DNA of 64,000 nt from Candidatus Poriferisocius sp. (GTDB lineage Bacteria > Actinomycetota > Acidimicrobiia > Acidimicrobiales > Bin134): assembly GCA_965221865.1 (NCBI GenBank), contig OZ244918.1, positions 1,896,696 to 1,960,695 of the forward strand. The letters are read 5' to 3'. The notes under the pieces are model-generated. The model had not been told where the DNA came from and did not search any database. It worked only from the letters and a program-made list of their open reading frames with translations. The position numbers and the translations under genes were made by a program. How positions within the stretch are numbered: the stretch's first letter is position 1; each line of letters starts with the position of its first letter. Below are positions 47,900-56,215 of this stretch, piece by piece.

Positions 47900-48232
47900 T
47901 CATACTAGAGTTTCTAACAGGATTGTCATACCAACAAAAAACACGCCCACAAACAAGGTGAGTCCAATTCCTAAAAGCGAAACTATTGCCAGCAGTGCAA
48001 TTCCAGCCCTTAGCCTTTCCCACCAGTGCAAACGTGTATCGGATCCGTAAATAGCCCGGTAGGAATTAAAAACATCTCTTTCGTTCCTAGCATTACGCCA
48101 CGAACGCCAGCGGTTTTTTATCCATTGGCTAATGCCACTATTGCTGAGGTCTGTATTAGTATCGCCTGTGTTAGCGCTGCCTGCGCTAGTATCATTGCGG
48201 CTAGTAAAACGAATGCGTAACCAGTTCAACAC
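47900..48232 (-). CDS. hypothetical small membrane protein
   Basis: 110-aa ORF with a C-terminal hydrophobic segment (IALLAIVSLLGIGLTLFVGVFFVGMTILL). No family recognised. Confidence 0.3.
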   Translation of the reverse strand: MLNWLRIRFTSRNDTSAGSANTGDTNTDLSNSGISQWIKNRWRSWRNARNERDVFNSYRAIYGSDTRLHWWERLRAGIALLAIVSLLGIGLTLFVGVFFVGMTILLETLV

Positions 48233-48290
48233 AGAGGCTTCTAGGGTAGCCCCTCCGCCTGCAGAAGGCTTGCCTACGTCTGTAAATCAG

Positions 48291-49349
48291 ATGTCGTGGT
48301 GGGGTAGAAACCGCACATGGTTGGTTCGTGTTGTTGTGGTGTTGCTGATTTTTGGAGTGGTAGCGGTAGTTTTTACCGTTTGGCGTACAGATGATGTGGC
48401 AGTGCGACCTGGCACAGTGCTAGAAGTGCCTTCGTTGATAGCGGTTAATGGAGCTGAGGTGTATCCGCCTCAAAACGAGGTTTCTTTGGTGACAGTATTG
48501 GTGAGTGAGCGTTTGAACATCTGGCAGCGGATTGGGCTTCAGTTTCAGTCGGGCACAGATATTGAGCCAGAGCGCACTTTTACAGGGGATGGAACTCGCA
48601 GCGAGTTGCGACAACGAAACCAGCAGAGGATGCGGACATCACATCAGGCCGCAGCGGTGGCTGCACTGCAATATTTAGGGTATGAAATCCCTGTGCGAAC
48701 TTCTGGAGTTGTTGTGTTAGATATTGCGTCGGGCACGCCTGCAGCTGAAGTGTTGCAGCTAGAAGATGTGATTGTTGCTGTAGCAGGCACCGCGGTAGAT
48801 AGTTTGGAGGATTTAACAGCTGTTTTGGCTAACTACAGCCCTCAACAACAGGTAACACTCACCGTTGAGCGGCTAGTGGAGCTAACAGCGGGGGCACAAG
48901 AAGGTTTAGCTATGGGCACTGAGGTTCTTTCGTTGCTGGTGGAGTTGATTGCATCTGACACTGAGCCGCAGCGGGCTTTGATAGGGGTGGGAGCAACCGA
49001 GCGGGTAGATGAGGTGATTTTACCTGTAGACATCACCGTGGATAGTGGCGGAATCGGTGGTCCGTCGGCAGGTCTTGCGTTGGCTTTAGGCATCATCGAC
49101 TTGTTGAGCCCACAGGAGTTGATGGGCGGGTTGCGGGTAGCGGCTACAGGTACGATTTCGCCTGATGGCGTAGTGGGCGCTATTGGTGAGGTAGATCAAA
49201 AGACCATTGCAGCACAAAGAGCAGGGATGGATGTTTTCTTAGTGCCTACTGAGAACTTAGCTGAGGCTACAGAGCATGCCAACGACAGCTTGCAAGTGAT
49301 AGGTGTAGAATCGTTGGAAGATGCGCTTAGGGCTTTGGCACAGGTTTGA
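48291..49349 (+). CDS. PDZ-domain protein with Lon-like (S16) proteolytic domain (YlbL/Rv3194c-like)
   Basis: N-terminal TM, a PDZ-like middle, and Lon Ser motif GGIGGPSAGLALALG with ..DQKTIAAQRAGMDVFLVP.. Start set to ATG 48291 (alternatives are 48213 and 48132). Confidence 0.7.
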   Translation: MSWWGRNRTWLVRVVVVLLIFGVVAVVFTVWRTDDVAVRPGTVLEVPSLIAVNGAEVYPPQNEVSLVTVLVSERLNIWQRIGLQFQSGTDIEPERTFTGDGTRSELRQRNQQRMRTSHQAAAVAALQYLGYEIPVRTSGVVVLDIASGTPAAEVLQLEDVIVAVAGTAVDSLEDLTAVLANYSPQQQVTLTVERLVELTAGAQEGLAMGTEVLSLLVELIASDTEPQRALIGVGATERVDEVILPVDITVDSGGIGGPSAGLALALGIIDLLSPQELMGGLRVAATGTISPDGVVGAIGEVDQKTIAAQRAGMDVFLVPTENLAEATEHANDSLQVIGVESLEDALRALAQV

Positions 49350-49378
49350 GGGGCGCTAGGGGCTAACCTCAAGGTAGT

Positions 49379-52351
49379 ATGCGCAACCCTCGTGATGTGT
49401 TTAGGTCTCGGCAATCGTCTCGTCCGCGGTTCTCCCGACGATTTAAGATTATTGCAGCTCTTATTGTTGCTGTCGTGTTGGTGGGCGCTCTCTCGGTAAG
49501 AGGCTTAGCTCGCCTATGGACTGATTACCTGTGGTTTGATTCTTTAGACCAAGGTAGGGTGTGGACTGAGATATTTGCTTACCGCAGTTTGCTGGTTGCT
49601 CTGTTTGTAACCGTCTTTTTCTTGTTGATGTTTTTCAACTTGGTTTTGGCCGAGCGGATTGCCCCGAAGATACGACCCCCCGGTCCCGAAGAAGACTTGC
49701 TTCGCACCTATCACGACATTTTGGGGCATCGTCACCGTTTGGTGAGCCTAGTGTTGGCTTTTTTGATTGCACTGATCGTTGGTGGGAGTGCTGGCGGGGA
49801 ATGGCAAAAAGCCATGCTGTTCTTCAACCACGTGGAGTTTGGTAGGCAAGATCCGCAGTTTGGTTACGACATAGGCTTCTATGTTTTTCAGCTTCCGTTT
49901 ATTCAGTTCTTGTTGAGTTGGGTGTTCAGAGCTTTAATTATCGTGACGATTTTTACAGCTATCGCGCACTATGTGCTCGGTGGTATCCGCTTTCAAACGT
50001 CACCTCAGCGAGTAACGCCACAAGTGAAGGTGCATCTCTCGGTTTTGTTAGCGATGATTGCTTTAGTTAGGGCAGTAGGGTATTGGTTTGATCGCTTCAG
50101 CCTTAATTTTTCTTCACGAGGCCCGGTAGATGGAGCCACATATACCGATGTAAACGCGCAGCTTCCAGCTTTGAACCTTTTGATTTTGATATCAGTGCTC
50201 TCCGCAGTGCTGTTGATTATCAACATTTGGCAGCGGGGTTGGGTATTGCCGGTTACCGCCGTTGGTTTGTGGATGATCGTGGCTCTTGTTATGGGGGTTA
50301 TCTACCCAGCGATTATTCAGCGTTTTCGTGCAGAGCCGCAGGAGTCCCAAAACGAGGCGGTGTATATCGAACGAAATATTGCAGAAACTAGGTTTGCTTT
50401 GGGACTTGACAACGTAATCACACGAGAGTTCAACCCTGATACTCAGATCACTGCAGCAGAGCTAACTGCCAGCGATAGCGTGCGTAATATTCGGCTTTTA
50501 GACCCAGATATTGTGCCTAACGCATTTCAGGTGGAGCAGTCAGAACGCACTTTTTATACTTTCAACGATGAGGTGGATGTAGATCGTTACGAGATCAATG
50601 GTGAGACCACCGAGGTGGTTATAGGTGCGCGTCAGCTAAATGTGGCGGACATCCCCCAGCAATCTTGGGAAGGGCGCCATGTGCAATACACTCACGGCTA
50701 TGGGGTGGCTGTAGCACCAGTTAATGAGGTAACAGTTCAGGGTTCACCTAACTTTGTGGTGGGGGATGTGCCAGTGGCTGCGGATGAGGGTTTTGAGCTA
50801 ACCCAGCCGCAGCTTTATATCGGTGAGAACCTAAGCGGCTACGCCATAGTTGGGGCAACTATCCCCGAAGTGGATTACACCGAAGCTAATGAGACGGTGC
50901 CATTTACATATGACGGTGAAGATGGTGTGGGTATAGGGGGTTTCTGGCGGCAAGCAGCTTTTGCCTTGCGTTTTGGAGATATCAATCCTCTCATATCTAA
51001 TTTGGTAGATAGTGACTCGCGGATCGTCTTTAATCGCGATCTTCGCACCCGGGTAGAAACTTTGGCACCATTCCTAGAGTTTGATGCCGATCCATACCCA
51101 GTAGTTTCTGATGGGCGGGTGTTCTATATTGCTGATGCCTACACCACCTCTAACCGGTATCCCTACGGGCAGGTGCCAGATGTGCGGGATTTAAGCGATG
51201 AAAGCGGTCTTAAGAAGAATTTCAACTATGTTCGTAATTCGGTTAAAGCTGTGGTAGATGCTTTTGATGGAACCACAACTTTTTATGTGATTGATGCGCA
51301 AGATCCCATCATTCAGGCTTGGCGTAAGGTGTTTCCAAACTTGTTTGTGGACTTTTCGGAAATGCCAGCCAACCTTCAAAATCATTTACGATATCCCGAG
51401 GATTTATTCCGAGTGCAGACCACAATGTGGGCGCGCTATTTTATTGATGATCCAGAAACCTTTTATGCCAACTCGGTTACGTGGGCTGTAGCGCAAGACC
51501 CGGGGACTCGTATTACTGCTCGCAATTTGATAGACGAGTTTGCTGATGCGCTAGCTGCTGACAGCGTTGCCCCTGCTGCTGCTACCCGGCAGCTGGAGTT
51601 GAGGATTAGGCCGTTCTATCAGCTTTTGCAGTTGCCTGAAGAGGATGATTTAGATTTTGTGATTTTTAGGACGTTTGTGCCTGTGTCGGGTGCCGGCGAT
51701 GATGAGGATGAGCGTAAGGAGTTGACGGCGTTTATCGTTGCTAAGAGCGATATTGATGAGTATGGCGAGTTGGTTGTTTATACAGTGCCTGACACCAATA
51801 TTCCAGGGCCTAGCATTGTGGACGCTAAGATTCAGGCTGATACAGAGATTGCGGATGCTTTTACGCAGCTAAATCAGCAGGGTTCTACCGTGTTGCAAGG
51901 GAACTTGCTGATGATTCCGGTAGGTGACTCTTTGTTGTTTGTGCGCCCTGTTTATGTGCAGGCCACTGGCGACACCGAATTGCCGCAGGTTAAGCAGGTG
52001 ATTGTGGGGCTTGGTAATGAGGATGATTTCTTGTTGCGGATTCGTCCAACTTTGGATGAGGCTTTGGCAGCGCTTTCGGATGCCACCGGTTCGTTTTTGG
52101 GAGTTCCTGTTGAGCCGGTTGATCCTCCTGCAACTGCTGACGGTGGGTCTAGCTCAGAGCCTACGCCAACGCCATCGGTGTCTGATGGGGGGCTTGTAGA
52201 TGCGGTGCCTATGGACAGTGATACCCGTATGGCTTTATCTGAGTTGATTGCTGAGTTGCGCGATACTCAGGAGTCCATAGATGAAGACCGTCGCAAGCTA
52301 GACGGTTTGATCGGGCAATTGGAATCTTTGCTAGATAACTCTGAGGGTTAA
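49379..52351 (+). CDS. UPF0182-family large membrane protein
   Basis: 990 aa with an N-terminal multi-TM region and a large extracytoplasmic domain. Follows the PDZ/Lon-like gene, as I recall for actinobacterial UPF0182 genes. Confidence 0.75.
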   Translation: MRNPRDVFRSRQSSRPRFSRRFKIIAALIVAVVLVGALSVRGLARLWTDYLWFDSLDQGRVWTEIFAYRSLLVALFVTVFFLLMFFNLVLAERIAPKIRPPGPEEDLLRTYHDILGHRHRLVSLVLAFLIALIVGGSAGGEWQKAMLFFNHVEFGRQDPQFGYDIGFYVFQLPFIQFLLSWVFRALIIVTIFTAIAHYVLGGIRFQTSPQRVTPQVKVHLSVLLAMIALVRAVGYWFDRFSLNFSSRGPVDGATYTDVNAQLPALNLLILISVLSAVLLIINIWQRGWVLPVTAVGLWMIVALVMGVIYPAIIQRFRAEPQESQNEAVYIERNIAETRFALGLDNVITREFNPDTQITAAELTASDSVRNIRLLDPDIVPNAFQVEQSERTFYTFNDEVDVDRYEINGETTEVVIGARQLNVADIPQQSWEGRHVQYTHGYGVAVAPVNEVTVQGSPNFVVGDVPVAADEGFELTQPQLYIGENLSGYAIVGATIPEVDYTEANETVPFTYDGEDGVGIGGFWRQAAFALRFGDINPLISNLVDSDSRIVFNRDLRTRVETLAPFLEFDADPYPVVSDGRVFYIADAYTTSNRYPYGQVPDVRDLSDESGLKKNFNYVRNSVKAVVDAFDGTTTFYVIDAQDPIIQAWRKVFPNLFVDFSEMPANLQNHLRYPEDLFRVQTTMWARYFIDDPETFYANSVTWAVAQDPGTRITARNLIDEFADALAADSVAPAAATRQLELRIRPFYQLLQLPEEDDLDFVIFRTFVPVSGAGDDEDERKELTAFIVAKSDIDEYGELVVYTVPDTNIPGPSIVDAKIQADTEIADAFTQLNQQGSTVLQGNLLMIPVGDSLLFVRPVYVQATGDTELPQVKQVIVGLGNEDDFLLRIRPTLDEALAALSDATGSFLGVPVEPVDPPATADGGSSSEPTPTPSVSDGGLVDAVPMDSDTRMALSELIAELRDTQESIDEDRRKLDGLIGQLESLLDNSEG

Positions 52352-52374
52352 TTTTCATAGTTTTTCTAAGAGCG

Positions 52375-52400
52375 GAAACCTTTTGGCTGCCTAAGGTTTC
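52375..52400 (+). repeat. leader hairpin motif, copy 0 (GAAACCTT-ttggctgcct-AAGGTTTC)
   Basis: Perfect 8-bp stem, 24 nt after the UPF0182 stop. The same motif precedes each protease gene. Confidence 0.8.
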
Positions 52401-52434
52401 GTTATGGGTTGGCAACTGTTGAGTTTGGGGTAGA

Positions 52435-53043
52435 ATGATGTGTATGAAGGTTGTTGGTAAGCGTATGTGTTTGACTGATTGGGGTCGTCAGTTTGGGTTG
52501 TCTACGCGTGCTTCTTGGCAGATGTATCGGGATGGTCGTTTGCCTGAGGGGTTGGTGGTTGAGAAGGTGGGGAAGTTGTTGTATGTGAGGGTGCCTGATG
52601 ATGAGTTGCCTGCTGATCGGGTGGTGTTGTATGCGTGTGTGTCTTTTTCGGGTCAGGCTTTTGATTTGGTGTGTCAGTCGGAGCGTTTGCAGGTTTTCGC
52701 GCGTAAGCAGGGGTGGTCTGATTTTGAGGTGGTGATGGAGACGGGTTCTGGTTTGAACGGTAAACGCTCGAAGTTGTTGAGGGTGTTGCGTTTGCCGGGG
52801 AGGACTCGGATTGTGGTTGAGCATCGGGAGCGTTTGACGCGTTTTGGGTTTGAGTTGTTGGAGGCTTCGTTGGTGGGTCGTGGTGGTGAGGTTGTGGTGA
52901 TGGATGATGAGGAACTTGAGGATGATCTTGTGAGGGATGTGACTGAGGTGTTGACTTTGTTGTGTGCGCGTTTGTATGGTCGTCGGTCTGCTGCTCGTAG
53001 AGCGCAGAGAGCGTTAGCGGCTGCTGGTGAGGGTGCGTCGTGA
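52435..53043 (+). CDS. IS607-type serine recombinase (possibly inactivated: catalytic-motif Arg replaced by Cys)
   Basis: HTH (MCLTDWGRQFGLSTRASWQMYRDGRL) and a resolvase core, but the motif reads LYACVSFSGQ instead of YARVSSxxQ. ..VVEHRERLTRFG.. is retained. Confidence 0.75.
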   Translation: MMCMKVVGKRMCLTDWGRQFGLSTRASWQMYRDGRLPEGLVVEKVGKLLYVRVPDDELPADRVVLYACVSFSGQAFDLVCQSERLQVFARKQGWSDFEVVMETGSGLNGKRSKLLRVLRLPGRTRIVVEHRERLTRFGFELLEASLVGRGGEVVVMDDEELEDDLVRDVTEVLTLLCARLYGRRSAARRAQRALAAAGEGAS

Positions 53044-54677
53044 CTCGCTGGCGGTCGGAGGATCCGTTTGTGGTGCCTGCCCCGTCGGGTGCGACTGTTC
53101 GTACAAAGGTTCATGCTTTTGGTGATGATGCCAGCGTGTTGAGGCAGGTCAGCGAGTTTTTGGGTTCGTATTTCCGGCAGGATTTGGCTGCCCGCTGCAA
53201 GCTGGGTTTGGGTTTGAAACATGCAGATCGGAATGAACGCAAAAAAGAGTTGACACCGGCGGTGTCGTCGCGTTGGGCGAATCCGATCACTCTTCGTGTG
53301 GGTGATCAGTTCGCTTTAGCGGTTCGTAATATGCAAGCTTCGATTGATCGTTATCGGACAGAGATCAAAAGGATCGAGAAACGTCTTCGAGTGCCGGTCG
53401 GGCAGAAACAGGGTCGTGTGCGAGGGTTCGCGTCTGTGGGTGAACGTTGGCAGAAGCAACGCCGGTTGCAGAGCCTGAAAGCGCGTGAAGCTCAAACATC
53501 TGCTGATCTGCAAGCTGGTCGGGTGTCGGTGTGTAAGGGCGGTAAAGAGCTGGCTAACAACCGTCATCATCTACAAGAATGTGGTCTAACGCTTCAGCAA
53601 TGGCGTGAACAGTGGGATGCTGCTAGAGGGTATTTGACTTGTGACGGGCGCACCGGTGAACCGTACGGCAACGAAATGATTCAGGTGATCCCTACCGCAG
53701 CAGGCTACAAGAACTGTGTGGTGCAGATCCGGTTACCGAAAGGTTTAGCGCATTTATCGAACACCCCAGACAGGAAAGCACCTTTTTACCGGTTAGAAGG
53801 GACCGTTACCTGGAATCATCGAGCGACCGAATGGTTACACCGATGTTTAACTAGTTCAAAGATCTCATACACCTTCTCTTATGATCCTGATAAACAAGCC
53901 TGGTATCTGTCGGCTAGCTGGACGTTCCCTAAACCTTCTGAACCTGCTGAGATACCCACCACCGCGAAAACGGTGGGCATCGATTTGAACTCCGATCATC
54001 TAGCAGCGTTCATCGTGGATGAGCACGGCAACCCAACCGGTCGCCCTCAAACGTTTGAGCTGTTAGAAGAAGGCACCAGCGAGCAACGGCGAGGCAGGCT
54101 ACGAGAATCAGTAGACGCGGCACTGAAATGGGCGGTCTCCCAAGGCGCACAAGTGGTCGCTACCGAGAAACTCGATTTCAGTCGCAGTAAAGCTTTGGGC
54201 AAACAGATATACCGACGCGGGCAAGCAGGAAAAACCACTCGCCGTAAAGTCGCTGGACTACCCACAGCACAAGTTTTTGAGGCTGTAGCAGCTAACGCCA
54301 AAAAACATGGGATCACTCACGTAGCAGTCGATCCTGCGTACACCAGCAAATGGGGAACCAGATACTGGAAACCCGCACTCAACAAATCACGCCGACAACA
54401 AAGTAGTGGTCATCACGCTGCTGCTGTCGTAATCGGCAGAAGAAGTCAGGGCCACGCGGCCAAGCGAAAGAACCCAGAACCAGCAACGACCAGAGGATCG
54501 TCAAGGACAATCTCGGTTCCAGCCCAACCACGAACAACTGACATGCCCCCTACAAACAGAAAAGGACAACAGCGAGCCGCCCCCGGCAACGACCTGTTAG
54601 CCAAACCTGGGACTAGACGGGACAGACGCTCAAGGTCGTTCGGAGCGTCGACAATAGAACAACCTTCTATTGTTTAA
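53040..54677 (+). CDS. TnpB-like RuvC-fold protein lacking the zinc ribbon and the canonical third RuvC motif
   Basis: TVGIDLNSDHLAAF (RuvC I-like), QVVATEKLDF (RuvC II-like), VDPAYTSKWG, then SGHHAAAVVIGRR where D.NAA.NI is expected. There are no CxxC pairs. The basic low-complexity C-terminal about 100 aa are encoded by A+C-rich DNA. Confidence 0.6.
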   Translation: MTRWRSEDPFVVPAPSGATVRTKVHAFGDDASVLRQVSEFLGSYFRQDLAARCKLGLGLKHADRNERKKELTPAVSSRWANPITLRVGDQFALAVRNMQASIDRYRTEIKRIEKRLRVPVGQKQGRVRGFASVGERWQKQRRLQSLKAREAQTSADLQAGRVSVCKGGKELANNRHHLQECGLTLQQWREQWDAARGYLTCDGRTGEPYGNEMIQVIPTAAGYKNCVVQIRLPKGLAHLSNTPDRKAPFYRLEGTVTWNHRATEWLHRCLTSSKISYTFSYDPDKQAWYLSASWTFPKPSEPAEIPTTAKTVGIDLNSDHLAAFIVDEHGNPTGRPQTFELLEEGTSEQRRGRLRESVDAALKWAVSQGAQVVATEKLDFSRSKALGKQIYRRGQAGKTTRRKVAGLPTAQVFEAVAANAKKHGITHVAVDPAYTSKWGTRYWKPALNKSRRQQSSGHHAAAVVIGRRSQGHAAKRKNPEPATTRGSSRTISVPAQPRTTDMPPTNRKGQQRAAPGNDLLAKPGTRRDRRSRSFGASTIEQPSIV

Positions 54678-54688
54678 GGAACGGTTGG

Positions 54689-56026
54689 ATGATTGTTCAA
54701 TATTTCAATATAGGGTTTGCAGGGACATTGCGCGCTGCGCTGCTTTTTGGTGCTGCTCGCTGCCGTGCATGGGTTGTGTTGGTTTGTTTGGCTTTGATGG
54801 TGGTGGGGTGTTCGTCTGCTGAGCGAGTAGCAGTGGAAGAATCTGGTGAGGATTTATTGAAGCCTCCAGAGCAAGTTGAGGATTGGCCGCGTCCACCGTT
54901 TGCGGGTATGTGGGTTAACCATCCCAACAACGTGTACCAAGCTGATGAGAAATGGATTTATGGGACTGTGTCTGTAGAGCCGCCTTGTGTGTATTTGACT
55001 AATGTTACGAATATTATGGCAGATACTTCGGGAGTGTCGTGGGAGGGGCGGCGTTTGGCTTTGTCGCTAATATATCCTGATGTTCGTTTTGATGAGAGCA
55101 CTTACACGTTGTGGAACCCGTTGTGGAGATATGATATTCCGATTTCTCATGGTGATCGGGTTATTGTGGGTTCACACCCGTATGGTGAAACGGTTGGGGG
55201 TAAGGAGCCTGGTGATTTGCATCTTTTTTGGGATGCGTGTGCTGCTCATGCGTATGCTAGACCTGTTGGTCTTTGGACGTCTTTGGAGTGGCTTTGTGTT
55301 AACAGGCCGTCAGGCTGGGTTTGGCATTTAGATAATGAGCTGGTGCGTATGTGTAATGAGGATACGCCTTGGAATCAGCGGGAATTGTTAAAAGAACAGG
55401 GTATCATGGTTGATGTTGAGTCGTCTGATTTAGACCGTGAACCTAGTGAGCCGCCGCCTGAGGTAGAGTTAGCTTGGCCTCCTTTTGTTGATACGTATTT
55501 GTATCATCCTGATTTAGAGTTGGAGTTGTACAAGCTGGTGGGGGTGTTATCGGTTGAGCCAGCACCGCAGAACTACAGTCCAGAGTCGAGGTGTGCATAC
55601 TTATATCCCACAGCTGCTTCGGATCCGCAGGCAGTGTTGTGGGGGGATTCGTGGAAACACACTGGCTCTGATGGTCAGCCGCTTGCTATCAGCTTAGAGC
55701 TACCTTATCCGCAGGTGCGTTTTGATGAGGAAAATCAGGCGCTGTGGAACGGTGACATCGGGCCTATGGTGAATGGAGATCGGGTGATTGTTGATCCTGT
55801 AGCGCTACCTGATTTCAACGACAACGGTTTTGGCAGATATAAACACCACCTTGACACGCTTGGCGGGCTTTGCCGCAAAGCTAACGCCAGTGCCACTGTG
55901 TTAGATATTCAACCTGTTGCACATTACTGCACTAACAACCCGCCGATCAGGCACAGCAGCCAATGCGATTATGCTTTGAACCCCGACACTCAAACCAAGG
56001 ACCGTTTAGTTCTCCCTGAAGGCTAA
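54689..56026 (+). CDS. cassette lipoprotein L1 (two tandem Cys-containing domains, unknown function)
   Basis: Lipobox LALMVVGC|SS. Internal duplication (..VSVEPPCVYL..RRLALSLIYPDVRFDESTYTLWN..GDRVIV.. versus ..LSVEPAP..RCAYL..QPLAISLELPYPQVRFDEENQALWN..GDRVIV..). Paralogs at 57661 and 60726. Confidence 0.6.
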   Translation: MIVQYFNIGFAGTLRAALLFGAARCRAWVVLVCLALMVVGCSSAERVAVEESGEDLLKPPEQVEDWPRPPFAGMWVNHPNNVYQADEKWIYGTVSVEPPCVYLTNVTNIMADTSGVSWEGRRLALSLIYPDVRFDESTYTLWNPLWRYDIPISHGDRVIVGSHPYGETVGGKEPGDLHLFWDACAAHAYARPVGLWTSLEWLCVNRPSGWVWHLDNELVRMCNEDTPWNQRELLKEQGIMVDVESSDLDREPSEPPPEVELAWPPFVDTYLYHPDLELELYKLVGVLSVEPAPQNYSPESRCAYLYPTAASDPQAVLWGDSWKHTGSDGQPLAISLELPYPQVRFDEENQALWNGDIGPMVNGDRVIVDPVALPDFNDNGFGRYKHHLDTLGGLCRKANASATVLDIQPVAHYCTNNPPIRHSSQCDYALNPDTQTKDRLVLPEG

Positions 56027-56100
56027 CCATTTGCTAGTCACCTGCTTGAGGTATTGGTGGCAACAAACTTGTTTGTTTAGTTAATTTTTTTAGGAGTTTG

Positions 56101-56126
56101 GGAACTTTTTGGCTGTGTAAGGTTTC
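56101..56126 (+). repeat. leader hairpin motif, copy 1 (imperfect)
   Basis: GGAACTTT-ttggctgtgt-AAGGTTTC within the conserved about 130-nt leader upstream of P1. Confidence 0.7.
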
Positions 56127-56215
56127 GTTAAAGGGTAGATGTTAGTTGAAGTGCGTGTTTAGTGCTGTGCCCAGCATCCCACCTATACGATATGACCGAT
56201 AAGGAGGAGTGGGTT

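Larger units (their letters stand above)
52405..54684 (+). mobile_element. IS607-like element, copy 1 (serine recombinase + atypical TnpB-like gene); left end approximate, right end defined by comparison with copy 2
   Basis: Gene pair 52435..53043 / 53040..54677. The last 254 nt recur inverted at 63750-64000. Terminal hairpin CAATAGAA-caacc-TTCTATTG at 54652-54672. Confidence 0.7.

Noticed and set aside
52402-53222. Minus-strand ORFs of 140 aa and 182 aa antisense to the second recombinase gene
   Set aside because: Same composition artefact as above. No motifs are present, and they overlap a recognisable sense gene.
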